A stretch of DNA of 60,382 nt, counting the filler, from Trichosphaerium sp. ATCC 40318 (taxonomy: Eukaryota; Protista; Tubulinea), in assembly GCA_038496445.1 (NCBI GenBank). It is 3 parts of 3 records of this genome, joined end to end, with 100 filler letters (N's around TTAATTAATTAA, not from the genome) between each part and the next. Parts side by side here need not be neighbours in the genome. Positions count along the whole stretch, not along the records: positions 33,755 to 60,382 come from JALMLS010000066.1; 2 more parts are not named here. One strand, written 5' to 3'. This document shows, in pieces, positions 41,768 through 53,822 of this stretch. The notes beneath the pieces are model-generated. The model was not told where the DNA came from. It was given only the letters and a program-made list of their open reading frames with translations, and searched no databases. Made by a program: the position numbers and the translations under genes. Positions within the stretch are counted from its first letter, which is position 1. Each line of letters opens with the position of its first letter.

Positions 41768-41854
41768 TCTATTATTGCTTGTACTTCTGGGATAGGCCTC
41801 TCGCAGGATTCTAATACGTTTGTTTTGTACTTCTGTTAAGAATTCTAAATAAAT

Positions 41855-43438
41855 TTATTTAATAAAACGTCCTGTTACATTAAAAAAACCTAATTGATTT
41901 GCTTTGGTATAAAATTGTTGTGTTTGCAGTCTACTTAAAGCGTCAGCAAGGGTATTTTCTTCTGAGGGAATCCAAGTTGCAGTAAGCCGGAATCCGAATG
42001 CTGCCGACCATTTATGCAGATCGTATATCATCTTCATAGCTCTGGAATTGCGCATTACCAGTCTGTTGACTGATGCAACTACTCCTGTATTATCCACTAA
42101 TAAATTGTTGATAAGTTTATTGGCAAATAAGTGTTTCCATTCTTTTATTGCCATCCACACCGCATACATCTCCTTAACATTGATATGCCATTTTTTTTCT
42201 TCTTTTGTAAAGACATGGATAAGCCATGAACCATTTAAAAACGCGCCTGCTGCTATGTTTGAAGCGTCTGTTTGAAACAAACCTTTTGATAATGGTAACG
42301 GACATAGTAAAATTGCCTTACCATTCCATAGGTCCATCATATCATGCCACCACTTTAAGTCTTTTTGCATTGCTGTTGTCTTGTGTACCCACTGTTCATT
42401 ATTGCTATAGTGTCTTAAGCCGTCATATATCCTTCTTAGGTATGTATGTCCCCCATATACAACCTGAGCCGCAAAGTTTAATGTACCAGTAAGTTGTTGC
42501 CACTTCCTTAACTTCGCTGACTTCTGCTGAAGAAACCAAACCACCAATTTTTTAATTTTTGTCCTTTTACGCTCTGTTAAAGTAATCGTACGCTTGGCTG
42601 TGTTGATCTCATAGCCCAGAAAGGTGAGGCACTGTGTTGGACCTTGACACTTATCTTTAGACATTTCGAAACCTAAATTTTCTAGTATTTTCATTAGCGT
42701 TTTCATTGCAACTTTAACTTCTTCTTTAGATCTTCCAATAATCAACCAATCGTCGAAGTAAACAACATGAAAGCTAAAGCCTATTGACCGCAAGTACCTA
42801 GAGATCATGGCCATCAACCTAATAAATACTTCTGGCGCTCTATTCCATCCAAAGGGAAGCCTACCATCCTTATATAATATTCCTTTCCATTCAAACGCTA
42901 TCAAATCATGATGTTTAGGGTTTACTGGTACCATTCGATATGCTGAAAACATATCCTCTTTACCTAACCATAAGACACTATTACTGTTGTTTCTAATAAA
43001 GGTTAAAGCTTCTTTTAGAGCTGTTAATGTAAAACTTTGTGGTGTTTCAGATAGATCATTAACTGAAGTCCCAATAGGAAGATTTAAACAAACCACTTTA
43101 CGTATCTTATTTCGGAATTGTCCTTTGTCATCATATTTTGGTATTGCTGCTATTTTGTTACATTTTCGTACCTTGTTAGCCTTGTAAATCCAGCCTCTAG
43201 ACAACTCTAAGTTTATATCTTTGCTTACTAGAGTGCTCCATTGATTGCAAGTTTTAGAATTTTCTACTCTTGTTTCTTTAATCACTGTACCTACTGGAAC
43301 TAAAGAGATACCTATTGTAATCCACCCCGACAACCACACCCAATCCTTATCTTTACTCATTAATGAGGACCATAATTTAACTTTTTTAGACATTAACGCT
43401 GCTGAGAAAGAGAACGAAAGTTTATTGAGTACAGGCAA
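41855..43438 (-). CDS. Reverse transcriptase / RNase H of the retroelement
   Basis: KEDMFSAYRMVPV, LPFGWNRAP, YFDD, FLGYEIN; RNase H motifs TDAS, INVKEM, VDN, NTLADALSR. Confidence 0.95.
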   Translation of the reverse strand: MPVLNKLSFSFSAALMSKKVKLWSSLMSKDKDWVWLSGWITIGISLVPVGTVIKETRVENSKTCNQWSTLVSKDINLELSRGWIYKANKVRKCNKIAAIPKYDDKGQFRNKIRKVVCLNLPIGTSVNDLSETPQSFTLTALKEALTFIRNNSNSVLWLGKEDMFSAYRMVPVNPKHHDLIAFEWKGILYKDGRLPFGWNRAPEVFIRLMAMISRYLRSIGFSFHVVYFDDWLIIGRSKEEVKVAMKTLMKILENLGFEMSKDKCQGPTQCLTFLGYEINTAKRTITLTERKRTKIKKLVVWFLQQKSAKLRKWQQLTGTLNFAAQVVYGGHTYLRRIYDGLRHYSNNEQWVHKTTAMQKDLKWWHDMMDLWNGKAILLCPLPLSKGLFQTDASNIAAGAFLNGSWLIHVFTKEEKKWHINVKEMYAVWMAIKEWKHLFANKLINNLLVDNTGVVASVNRLVMRNSRAMKMIYDLHKWSAAFGFRLTATWIPSEENTLADALSRLQTQQFYTKANQLGFFNVTGRFIK

Positions 43439-43453
43439 CGTTAATTTTGATTG

Positions 43454-45202
43454 TCACCTTCTTTGATTAGGACAGGTATTATGCCAATGTCCTTTTATAC
43501 CACAACTGAAGCACACATGCTTTAGGTAACATCCATTTGGGCGTCTGGAGAAGCGACAGTTATCACTACTCAATGAATTCGCTTGAATACAGGCCAGGTG
43601 ATCATTGGTGATGTTCCAAGGGTTGTTTCTGCTACCAACTTGAGCATCGATCACTTCTTGCTTGGTGAGTGGAGGGCGTCTAGGTTGCTGTTGCCGTCTT
43701 GGCCTTGGTGGACCTCTAGGTTGATTGTTGGGTTGTTGAACCGGCCCTAGGTACATGTTAAAGTACAACTGAGGAACCAAGTATGGAGAATCAGATCGTT
43801 CCCAGAATTTTCTTACTGCACGATCAAAAATGAGTACCTGCTGCTGCGTATACATTGACAATAGGGCTAGCACTTGGTTGTGGTATCTTTGATAGTGCTC
43901 TAACATAGTCTTCGAAATAAGACTGTTGGTCATATCTACGTTTGCTTGGCGGAGGATCAAACGAAGACGCATAATCAGATCTGCGTCGCTGGTTATCGGA
44001 ATGGCTTTGGAGGGCCTGTGTGAAAGCACTGGTGAGCTATCAAAGACATTAAAAGACTGTACAAACTCTGGAAAATAAACTGGGTTTTTTATACCAAAAC
44101 GTGTAATTCCACAAATCAAAGGAGAGTTGGTGAAAGTTTTTCGAAGTGCTGCTGCCTCTTCGGCACTTACCGCAGTGAAATCTGAGGGCATAATACCCTG
44201 AACCAATGGTGTAGGCGTTGTTTTTGCCATCAGTCCATTGTACGGCGCTGTAACATTGTCAAAAGAAAAAGTATCTGTTTTTGGAGTACCTTGTTGGTTT
44301 TGGTACTGATAAGGGTTAGGTAGCCCTGTTCCTGTCGCTGTACCCTGGTCTGGTACCGACTGAATGCCTTGTGTAGGGCGTGGCGGTGTAGCCGTAACCT
44401 CCGTGGTCGCAGAGTTCTGCAAGCCTACACGAGAGGCATAAGAAAGACAAATTTCTCTTGCTTTTTCCAAAATTTGTAAATCTTTTTTGGTTTTTGTCCA
44501 CGTGCCTTCCGGTTCCTTTGAGGCTTGTTGTTGTTTAAGCTCGTCATTCAGAGCTTGATTTTCTTTCTGAACCACGTCCAGTTGCCGTTTGAGTACTTCT
44601 GTTTGTCGCTGGTAGTCCTCTGTCGCTTGAATTAGGTTCTGTACCAGTTGGAGCTGCTCTGGACTAGAAAGATCCAGATCCTCGCGAATTGTAAGGTCTT
44701 CGGAGGAAACTCCGGCTAAAGCAGCGTCAACTTCAGAGTCATCAAAAGAAGGTACATCCTGATTATTTTGAAAATTTTTATCACGTGACGGAGATACCAA
44801 TGAAACTATTTTTGAAACAAAGTTCTTTTTCGGTGTTTGAGGCTTAAAAATGTTTTGGAGGTTTTCCATATGCCTTCCGGACATATTTAAAAAGGTAGTA
44901 CCTATTTTAATCCAGTCCGGATACTTTTTCAACTCTACATCTGTAGCGACCTGTTCGTAAATCTCCAGTATAGTATCTCTGGATTGCGCCATAATCTTAT
45001 CCCACAACTGTGTCCCTTTAATTTTCTTGTCGGGATCAAGGTTAACCGCCAGGAAATTAACAAAATCCCGCTTGGTTGCCTTCTCTTTTGTTTTTGAAAA
45101 CTCACGGAATTGTGGAGCTGCATCCACAACAATTTTATACCAGTATGGGCCTACGCCTAAATACTTACCAGTATCACCAATGTTTTGATTGCTACTCGCC
45201 AT
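43454..45202 (-). CDS. Gag-like ORF1 with coiled coil and C-terminal CCCH plus CCHC zinc fingers
   Basis: CIQAN...C...C..KH then CFSCGIKGHWHNTC; the ATG lies within repeat A1. Confidence 0.9.
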   Translation of the reverse strand: MASSNQNIGDTGKYLGVGPYWYKIVVDAAPQFREFSKTKEKATKRDFVNFLAVNLDPDKKIKGTQLWDKIMAQSRDTILEIYEQVATDVELKKYPDWIKIGTTFLNMSGRHMENLQNIFKPQTPKKNFVSKIVSLVSPSRDKNFQNNQDVPSFDDSEVDAALAGVSSEDLTIREDLDLSSPEQLQLVQNLIQATEDYQRQTEVLKRQLDVVQKENQALNDELKQQQASKEPEGTWTKTKKDLQILEKAREICLSYASRVGLQNSATTEVTATPPRPTQGIQSVPDQGTATGTGLPNPYQYQNQQGTPKTDTFSFDNVTAPYNGLMAKTTPTPLVQGIMPSDFTAVSAEEAAALRKTFTNSPLICGITRFGIKNPVYFPEFVQSFNVFDSSPVLSHRPSKAIPITSDADLIMRLRLILRQANVDMTNSLISKTMLEHYQRYHNQVLALLSMYTQQQVLIFDRAVRKFWERSDSPYLVPQLYFNMYLGPVQQPNNQPRGPPRPRRQQQPRRPPLTKQEVIDAQVGSRNNPWNITNDHLACIQANSLSSDNCRFSRRPNGCYLKHVCFSCGIKGHWHNTCPNQRR

Positions 45203-45679
45203 TGTTGTTGTTGTTGCCTATTGTGTCCTTCGATATTGACAGTCTTGTTCAGTCCAACCAAACGCTTGAAATGTTCCACATCTTCATTCATGAATACAAA
45301 GCAGACAGTGCCTGAAGGTCGTACCAAGGGTTGTACATTCCTATATGAGGGCGCTAAACATATCAAGGTAAGAAATTAGGTGAGTTGGGTGCCAACACTG
45401 ACAGTAACAAGGCTTTATATTTAGAACATATCTTAGATGAGAATGAGAGCCAACAGCACCTCCATTGTGTTTACCATTACGGGTCGTGTTGTGGTAATTT
45501 ATCACGTGTTGACGATAGTTTAACGCACAGAACGCTTGTAGTAAAAGTTGAGGTATTTAAAATATGCTAACGTTGGAGTAAACTGAACACAGTGGGATTT
45601 CGCATTTATTCAGTATCCCATAGTTTTTTGCATTATTTTTCAATGGGTCAGTTTTTCTTTCGCGTTGAAATGACATTAT

Positions 45680-48006
45680 TCAATTCATTGGCGTTATTTT
45701 TGCTTCTTTTGCTATATTTCTTATTGACCAAGGTACTATAGCTGTTCTGAGAGGTTTGATGACAAATACAGATATCATGAATGCTACAAAAATCTAGTAG
45801 AAAATGAGTAAATGCAAAGAAACCAAGTGGATCTTACAAACAAGAATCCACCAGTTACACCAAGTACTATTGCTACAGTATTATCGCCAGGACATTCACT
45901 GATGATAGCTAACAAATCAAGACCTGTAGGAGAGCGTTGCTGTTCATGATCAACACAATCGCTGGCTACTACTTGAACATCGCCATTTATACAAGGTGAT
46001 GAAATAACATTGATTACTTGCTCAGATGATGTGTCAACACCGGATATGTCAACAATAAATGAACTATTAGACAATATCACCAAGCATCCTAAAGTTATAG
46101 TCAATACAATAACTCTACGTTGTAGATGATATCATTACCTTTCACAGAAAGTGTGGTAGTTTCATCGTCAACCACTAGAATCACATCGCCATTGTTTGTG
46201 AAATCACCTTCAATCACTGTAGGCTCAGTTATGCGTACAGCAACAGTGCTAGGTATATATATACTCCTATTGTATGTACATTCTGTTCTAAGACACTGAA
46301 GGCAAGTGCTATTCATACACTCTAAGGTGTTGTTTACAATTCTTGAGCTTGTAGGTGCTGGAGTAATTGCTAGAACATTAATAAGTACTAAGTTATGGAA
46401 TAGATACTCACGTATACAATCGAATAGACGATCCTGAGGTTTAATGAAGGCATTGTATTGCATATTCTCTGCTGACGCCAATATCTATGTATCTATTGTT
46501 ACAAATGCTTTGCATTCATCGAAAACGTACAAACAGAACACAACTATGTTTGTCAATAATACCACTAATAGCATATTTAGGCAAGTTCATTGATAACTGT
46601 TTCTCAATGACTGTTTCCTTTAAGAACATTACTGGGAATCCAATAAGGTAAGACTGTTGACGTACCAAGGTAACATTTGATGAATACTTAATATTTTGTG
46701 TTGTATTTGGGTAGAAATACAGAAAGACAAATGGAGAGGTTGTAGAAGATCCAACGCTTATGGCAGATAATTCAGGAGCACTGTTGAAAAAATCAGACTG
46801 CACTAACGTTATTGATCCACATGTAGATGTGATTATGGCTGAGTAAGTGTAATTCAAATCATCCACTTGCAAATGAAGAACATTTTGATCCAAGTTGTAT
46901 CTCAAATATACTCTCTGTACTGATTCTAAAACAGCTAGTGCATCATGTTCAACCGCCTAAAACAAGTGTGAATAAGAGAGGTTGTATAATAAACTGTACA
47001 GGAAGGGAGCTATTCCAGTATGTGAATTTCACATTTCTATGCAGATTGCGGAGTGATGCAACCACAAAACAGCTTTGATTAACGAATACAAGTGAACTAT
47101 CAACAATACTTGTATTATCAACTTTAAAAAATGTGTCAGTGATATAATAAAGTAACAACAATGAATCGCACATCCAATCAACACAGGGTCCAATCCATTT
47201 TCAAGAATGTAAGTGTAAGAAGGTCCTAACTTTACAAAACAATGAAGCAAGTATTTGTTCACTTTATCTAAAAAGAGGAGTTAGCGCTAACAATGAATGT
47301 GTATGTCGCACATTCTACAATTGAGTTTCTTGAAGCGTCTAACGAGTTAGCCATTTCTTCTTGAAATAGAGTGTCGTTGGTAACTTCAATTGTCTTTTCA
47401 CAAAAAGGTAAGGTTGGGTTTCCGTATTCTTCTCACCTACCTTTGTACTTATGTCCAAACGCAAAAACAATACTCGCAAACTTCCGTCTATATTTTTGTA
47501 CACCGAAACAAATTCAGGTTGGTGTACTAAATTTGATAAAGTTGGGACTTTCGCATCTGAAGCATTCGCTACAAACAATGGTTCAAAAGTTCGACTTCCA
47601 GCACGCCAATCTTTTCAAAACGTTAGTACCGATTAAAAGTGATTATTGAACCATTACCTTGTATGGTGGTTACCGCTATACTGACTCCAACATCCAATGT
47701 TACATTATTTGCTACAGTGTTGTTAAAAACAAAATTGTTTTCAAAAAAAGTGTCGTTTACTAGCACGTGACACAAAGATGACATAAGTAGCGTCCGCTGT
47801 TCGTATTGATCCTATTTCTGTCGTTCCATTTTCTCTCATTGTGTGTTTAGTTTCCATCACCCAATTGGAGTCAAAAAATTCATCTTCTAGCGCCCCACGC
47901 GCGAACACTATAAAAAAATAAAACTAGAAACAAATTGTTTTTTCTTACCAGTTACCCATATTAATGAAGTAGTTACGGTTAAATAGAGTCCTAGTGTACT
48001 AAACAT
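45680..48006 (-). CDS. Tandem-array type-I membrane protein, copy C
   Basis: Close paralog of copy B with the same exon structure. Confidence 0.8.
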
Positions 48007-48534
48007 ATTCAATTTTAACTTGTTCACGCGAAGATAAAACGTATTCGCTAGTTGGTCAATACTAGTTTTCCACGTGCACAATCTGACAAACCGAGTTGGC
48101 TGAAGTTATTAAGTACATCCAACAAAGCAGAGGTAGCCTGAAGGTCGTAGAAAGGGTTGTGCATTATTATATGACGACGTTAAACATATCAAGGTTAGAA
48201 ATGGGGCGGATTGGGTGCCACAACTAACAGCAAGATTATTGATACTTGGCTAATGAGCAGAAAATACTTGGTGATTGATTGTTTGATTGATAAATCAAAA
48301 CGTGAAAGAATACTTTGGAAAGAACAGGCTGGTACTGAATACAAACAGCATTGATTCATGGCGCACTTGACTAAAACGTACACTTCTTATTGTTACTCAG
48401 TTCACTGTATCTTCCTTCTCACTGCCTAGGGTAATCCTTAGAAGCAGAACCCCGTAAGCCAATAAGTATTCTTAGAATGTTGTGACCTATTTCAAATACC
48501 AAGCATTTTATTTAGCTACAACTTTCCTTTGATA

Positions 48535-50833
48535 TCAATTCACTGGTACTACTTTTACATCTCTTCTTAAACTTCGGAGAGACCATGGCACAATAGCTTG
48601 ACGTAGAGGCCCGAATACAAATACAAATATGATTAAAACAACAAATAGCTAAGCACAACATTAGCAAGTACAAAAATAGAGAAGTTGTATTACTACTAGG
48701 AAACCAAACATTACTCCAAGTACAATTGCTAAACTATTGCTATCACGTGTACATTTGCGTTTGATTAAAAACAAGTCAATGCCATTGTTAGAGCGTTGTT
48801 GTTCATGGTCAACACAATCACTGGTTATTACTTGAACAATGCCGTTAATACAAGGTGATGAAATAGCATTATTCACTTTGTCAGATGATGCGTTCACTCT
48901 TGATACATCAATAACAAATAAAGTATTTGGTTGTATCTCAAGGCACCCTAAAAAAACGGTTAACTAGTTACAGTTGGTCTCTAATACCTTCAACAGTAAG
49001 AGTGGCGCCCTCGTTGTCTTCAACTTTTAGAATTACTTCGCCGTTGTTTGTGAAGTCACCTTTGATTACTGTAGGCGATTGAATAGTTACAATGGCATCA
49101 TTAAGTACGATAACATTAGCTTCTATCACACATACTGGTTCCATTGGATCGCATTGAATACAACAACTATCCGTACACTCTATAGTTCTTGCTAGTAAAG
49201 GAGTAAACTATCTGTTTTTTAACTACTACATACAACTACAATCAGCGAAGTCTGATGCATTTATGAATGCGCTATATTGATCATTCTCTGATGCCAGTAA
49301 CACCTACATAAGTTTAAGACGAGTTAAAAACGAATAACATACTAAAAAAAGACAGTGTTGTTCATCCAGAATGCCTTGAATCTCCCCTGGTGAAAACGGG
49401 CTGTTTATTTGGGTAGTTCTCACTATTTTCTCAACAGCGTTTCCCTGTATCTTGTAAATAATTATTTATCACGTGTACTGTCATTGAAATACCAATTGTG
49501 GGGAGGAAGACAACATGAAATCAGTTGTGTTGTTGTCAAAGAATACAAACACAAATGGAGTGTAACCTGAGCCATGAGCGTTTATAACTGCTACAGGGGC
49601 GGCATCAAACGATACCTGAAATTGTCGCACAACATCTGCTGTGATTTTTCCTGTTCTGAAGCCTAAGTTGTGATTGCAATTACCTACCAACTTGTGAGAA
49701 GTAGTAATGGCCACCCCTGTTTCTAGCTCTATCTGCACCACCAAAGAGTTTTTGAATAGATTGTATTCTACACTATTTATGTTTCTGATTGGCGCTGTAT
49801 GAACAAAAGCACTGTCCTTCAGTTTAAGGTTACGTTATGAACAGTTTTTACAACACAAACTTACTCCTTCTAACTCAAGAATTCCGTTCTTTTCAGTGTC
49901 AAAATAAGTGATTCGCAAGAATAGAGTTGCGTTAATACTACGTGCAAGCAACAAAGTTGTATTGTGAGCAACTGCAAAGTCGAAATCTGTTACAATTAGA
50001 CTACTATACAAAAAACCCGATATCCCTACAATATGTCATGACAACATTCACGACATAGACATTCAATGGCGTACGTTTGGGGCTTTGGTCTTGTTGAAAC
50101 TCGAACGTTGCTCTTTCGCTATGACTAGTTCTACTGCGAAGCGTGAAGAATGAAACGTAGTACGTATCTAACAGCCGTTAACATTTTGTAGTGCAAATCT
50201 CGTACCCTCATATGATACGAATGTATATGATATTAGTACAATACTCTGAGATAGAGTAATCGGAAATGAATGACTCGATGTTATTGATAACTCCTTGATA
50301 AAACGCACGTGATATTAGAAGCAATACTAAACGTTATCTTACCTCTGTAGAGAGATTAAGGCTCACGAATGTTACACCAAAGCTTGTATCGTTTCCGTTT
50401 CTATGCATCATAGCGAATACTGGCGAATCGCTTATGTGCACATCTTTGGTTAACTTTGGATCTCTAATGTTCACCGAGATATAACGAAGATTGCGTACCA
50501 TCTAGCGTTGTCACTGTAACAATTACACCAGGAACAGATGCTTTGTCTATCAAATAAGTCAATATGAAACCAAACGACGCTAACCACCTGCATTAGCTGC
50601 GAAGATGTAAAAAGTAGTGTTGTATGCTTCTAAAGCGCTCATAGTTGTTGTTCCAATTGAAGATATTTCAACTCCTTCAAGTATCCCACGTGAACTAAAA
50701 AACTGATCCAAAGGTGGCGCAGGGCTGAATACAACTAACATGCATAAATAAATAACCGTTTAAACAATAATTCTACTTGAGTACCTGGTAGAAATAAAAG
50801 CGAGTACAGTATAGCAACGGCGATGGTTAACAT
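48535..50833 (-). CDS. Tandem-array type-I membrane protein, copy D (divergent; integrity uncertain)
   Basis: MLTIAVAILYSLLFLP; SSPCINGIVQVITSDCVDHEQQ; TM helix; PLRQAIVPWS. Confidence 0.7.
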
Positions 50834-51031
50834 TTAAACCTGTGTGTAAGTTGATGCCAAAAAGAGTTGAATGATGTTGTTTTATTTGGGGGAACACCAA
50901 GACTTGAGAAATAAAACAGAACACCAGTGTCACTCATCTGTCATTACTCTGCTACCGTAGCAACTGTGTTCAATTCATAGATCATACAAACGTTTATATT
51001 TGAAAAAAACAGATATTGGTTTGTTCGTTTG

Positions 51032-53466
51032 TTAAACAGTTTTTGATTGGGTTACTTGACTCATAGCTGCTAATTCATTTTTGCTTAGAGACCAAGGTAC
51101 AATTGCCTTTTGGAAAGGTTTGACCACAATTACAGAAATGATGAAAGCAACACATATCTAATCCAACAATGTTAAGATAGTAAATAAGTGATCAGTCTTA
51201 CTTACCAATAAGAAACCAAATGTTACACCAAGTGATATTGCCATAGTACTACTTGTACTATTTTTAGTTGAACATGCACCTATGGTTAAAAATAAAACAA
51301 GTCCTGTTGTTGAAAATTGCTGTTCGTGATCAACACAATTGTATGTGATGACTTGAACAGTCCCATTTATACAAGGTGATGAAATAGCATTGATCTCTTT
51401 ATCAGATGATGTGTCCACTCCTGATACATCAATCACAAATGAACTATTTGGTAGTATCACTAAGCATCCTAAATACATTTATTACATTGTAATAGATTAC
51501 AATACTTTACAATAATATACCTTTTACAGTAAGAATGGGAGTTGTTTCATCATCGAATACTAGAATCACTTCACCTTTGTTTGTGAAATCGCCATCTATC
51601 ACTGTAGGTGCTTTTATAGTTGTAATGATATCAGGAGTGATTAGTACACCTGATTCACACATGTTGTCATTGAGTCACATTGTAGATAAGAGCTATTTGT
51701 ACATTGAAGTGTTTTGTTGTGAGTACTTTGTTTTTGAGGGAGTGATGGCTACGTGATTACTGAACCAGTGGGAGCAATGATGGGTTGTATATTGGCACTG
51801 AATTGGTCGTCATGATTTCCAATTAGTACCTTGAATAATATCGTTAAAAGATTGTTGTAACTAGCACGTAGCAAAGCTAAACGTACAACAAGAATGCAGT
51901 GCTGTCTATCAAGGATACCTTGAACTTTTTGAGCAAAAAAAGGGTGCGCAGGCAAATCCTTCTTTACCAGGTTATCCTATGGCTTAGGTAAAACTCTGTT
52001 ATCGTGTTATGGTCGTACCAATCGCGGAGATGAAGAAAACGCCACAGTAGTGTTAGGAAATGGATCATAGTGCATATAAACAAATGGAGAAATAGCTGAT
52101 TTATCATAAGTGTTTACTGCTGTTGCTTCTCCATTTTCGAATATCACGTGATGACTCTCTGCGAATTTCGCATGTTTACAATGTTATTGTATGTCCATTT
52201 CGAATAGCGCCTTTAAAATAGTCGTATTTTGCAAATGTAGCTGGATTACCAAAGAGGCAGTGAATGAGTTGTATTCAAGATACTCAATATCTGTTATTTC
52301 CTCAGGTGCTGTTTCATTGAACACTTTTTGTTTGGTGGTCTTGTATTTTTGGAAATTAGTCACATTTAATAACGTTGACAAGCGTACAGTATTCAAAGAT
52401 GTATCAAAGAAAGTGAAGGAAATCATATTCAAGTTGTCGAACCAGGCATGTAAAAAACAATTTGGTCCAATAACTTCGAACAAAGCATCAGAAACAAATA
52501 GATTTACACCTAAGCTTATCAGTTTGAAAAAAAAATTATTAATTTAGGAACAAATTACTGCTAGTGAGTTTTGGATTGCAATGTTCTTCAAGCTCGAATG
52601 TTTCCGCAAGACCTTCTTGTTCATTGAAAAAACAAAAAACATAATATTTGCCTACCAAATAATCAGATTTGTTCTCTTTACATACACATATTGTACCCTC
52701 GTGTGATGTAAATGTATGCCTGCTTACGCCCCCAGACTCTATTATAACAGCAAATGAATAGGTTTGCGAAACTGAAACAACCTTGCACGTGATATTAGTA
52801 AAAAGCGATTTGGAAAATTGTGGCTAGCACCTTTGTTGATAGATTAAGATGAAGGAACGATACACTAAATGCGGACATAGGTTTGTGCATCATAGCAAAC
52901 GTTGTAGAACCGTTAATAGAAATAGAAGTGGTCAGTTTTGGATCTCTCGTTTGTGGAATGAACAAAGGCTTGAATGTTAGGTTTCCAGCAATCCAATCTA
53001 ATGGTTGTTAGATATAAATGTGGTGTCCGTCGCAAGCAAGTTGCAGAAAACCAAGAATGTACAGATTTTTTCACTTGCTACGCACAAAAGCTTCAAATTT
53101 AAAGATTGTATTCCTTACCATTGATTGTTGTCACTTGTACAATTACACCGCTTGTGCCATTTGAATCTATCTCAATATCGTTAATAATTTAGATATTTGT
53201 AAAATTAAAAAGATTGTGACGCACTCGCGTTAGCAGCAATGATATAATACGTTGTATCACGTGTTTCTAAAGCACCTATATTGGCTAGTGCGAGCTGTGT
53301 TATGTTAGGTCCTTCTAGCACGCCAGTTGAATTAAAGAATTCATCTATGGGAAACTGCTGAGCTAGTACGACTAAAAAAAAAAGCTTTTTCAAATATTCA
53401 GTGCGTTCAAAGCTTACTAGGTAACACTAACATCAAATACGGCATAATTACAATACCGTTTACCAT
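51032..53466 (-). CDS. Tandem-array type-I membrane protein, copy E (possible frameshift near 51680)
   Basis: Same C-terminal module and AIVPWS tail. Confidence 0.7.
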
Positions 53467-53559
53467 TTGCCTTGAGCCTTGTTTGTACAGTTTAAATTCG
53501 ATAAGAGAAAACCATGCACAAGAACTTCACATTTTATTTCGGTATTCATGAGAAAAAAA

Positions 53560-53710
53560 CGGTACACGTGATTACATCTAAGCTATGTTCAAAAAACACC
53601 CAAAGAGATAGTGTATTCAATGATACCCCTTGACATTGTAAATGGGAAATTTGTTGTTATTGTGCCTTCCACTTGAGCTGCAATTTAGATTTAGACTTTG
53701 AAGTTTACCT
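53560..53710 (+). pseudogene. Remnant of the 5' end of the F-box/MORN-variant gene at 57752
   Basis: TTGAGCTGCAA..TTTAGATTTAGACTTTGAAGTTTA and the upstream GTACACGTGATT match 57625-57890. Confidence 0.6.
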
Positions 53711-53822
53711 TGTTTATTATACAGGCATAATTATTGTAGGCAAATAAAGAGAAAAGCTGTGAGTTTATTGTGGTAAAACTGCTGTCACAGGTTGTAGCTT
53801 TTATTATTTTTGAAACGAAATG

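Larger units (their letters stand above)
40367..45291 (-). mobile_element. Full-length Ngaro-type tyrosine-recombinase retrotransposon (A1-gag-RT/RH-YR-B1-A2-B2)
   Basis: Split direct repeats: A1 45180-45291 = A2 40569-40680, and B1 40680-40781 = B2 40367-40468. Three intact ORFs, no methyltransferase domain seen, no TSD. Confidence 0.93.

Noticed and set aside
43454-43456. TGA reassignment (alternative genetic code) as the explanation of the gag-pol stop
   Set aside because: TGA terminates several other genes in this window.
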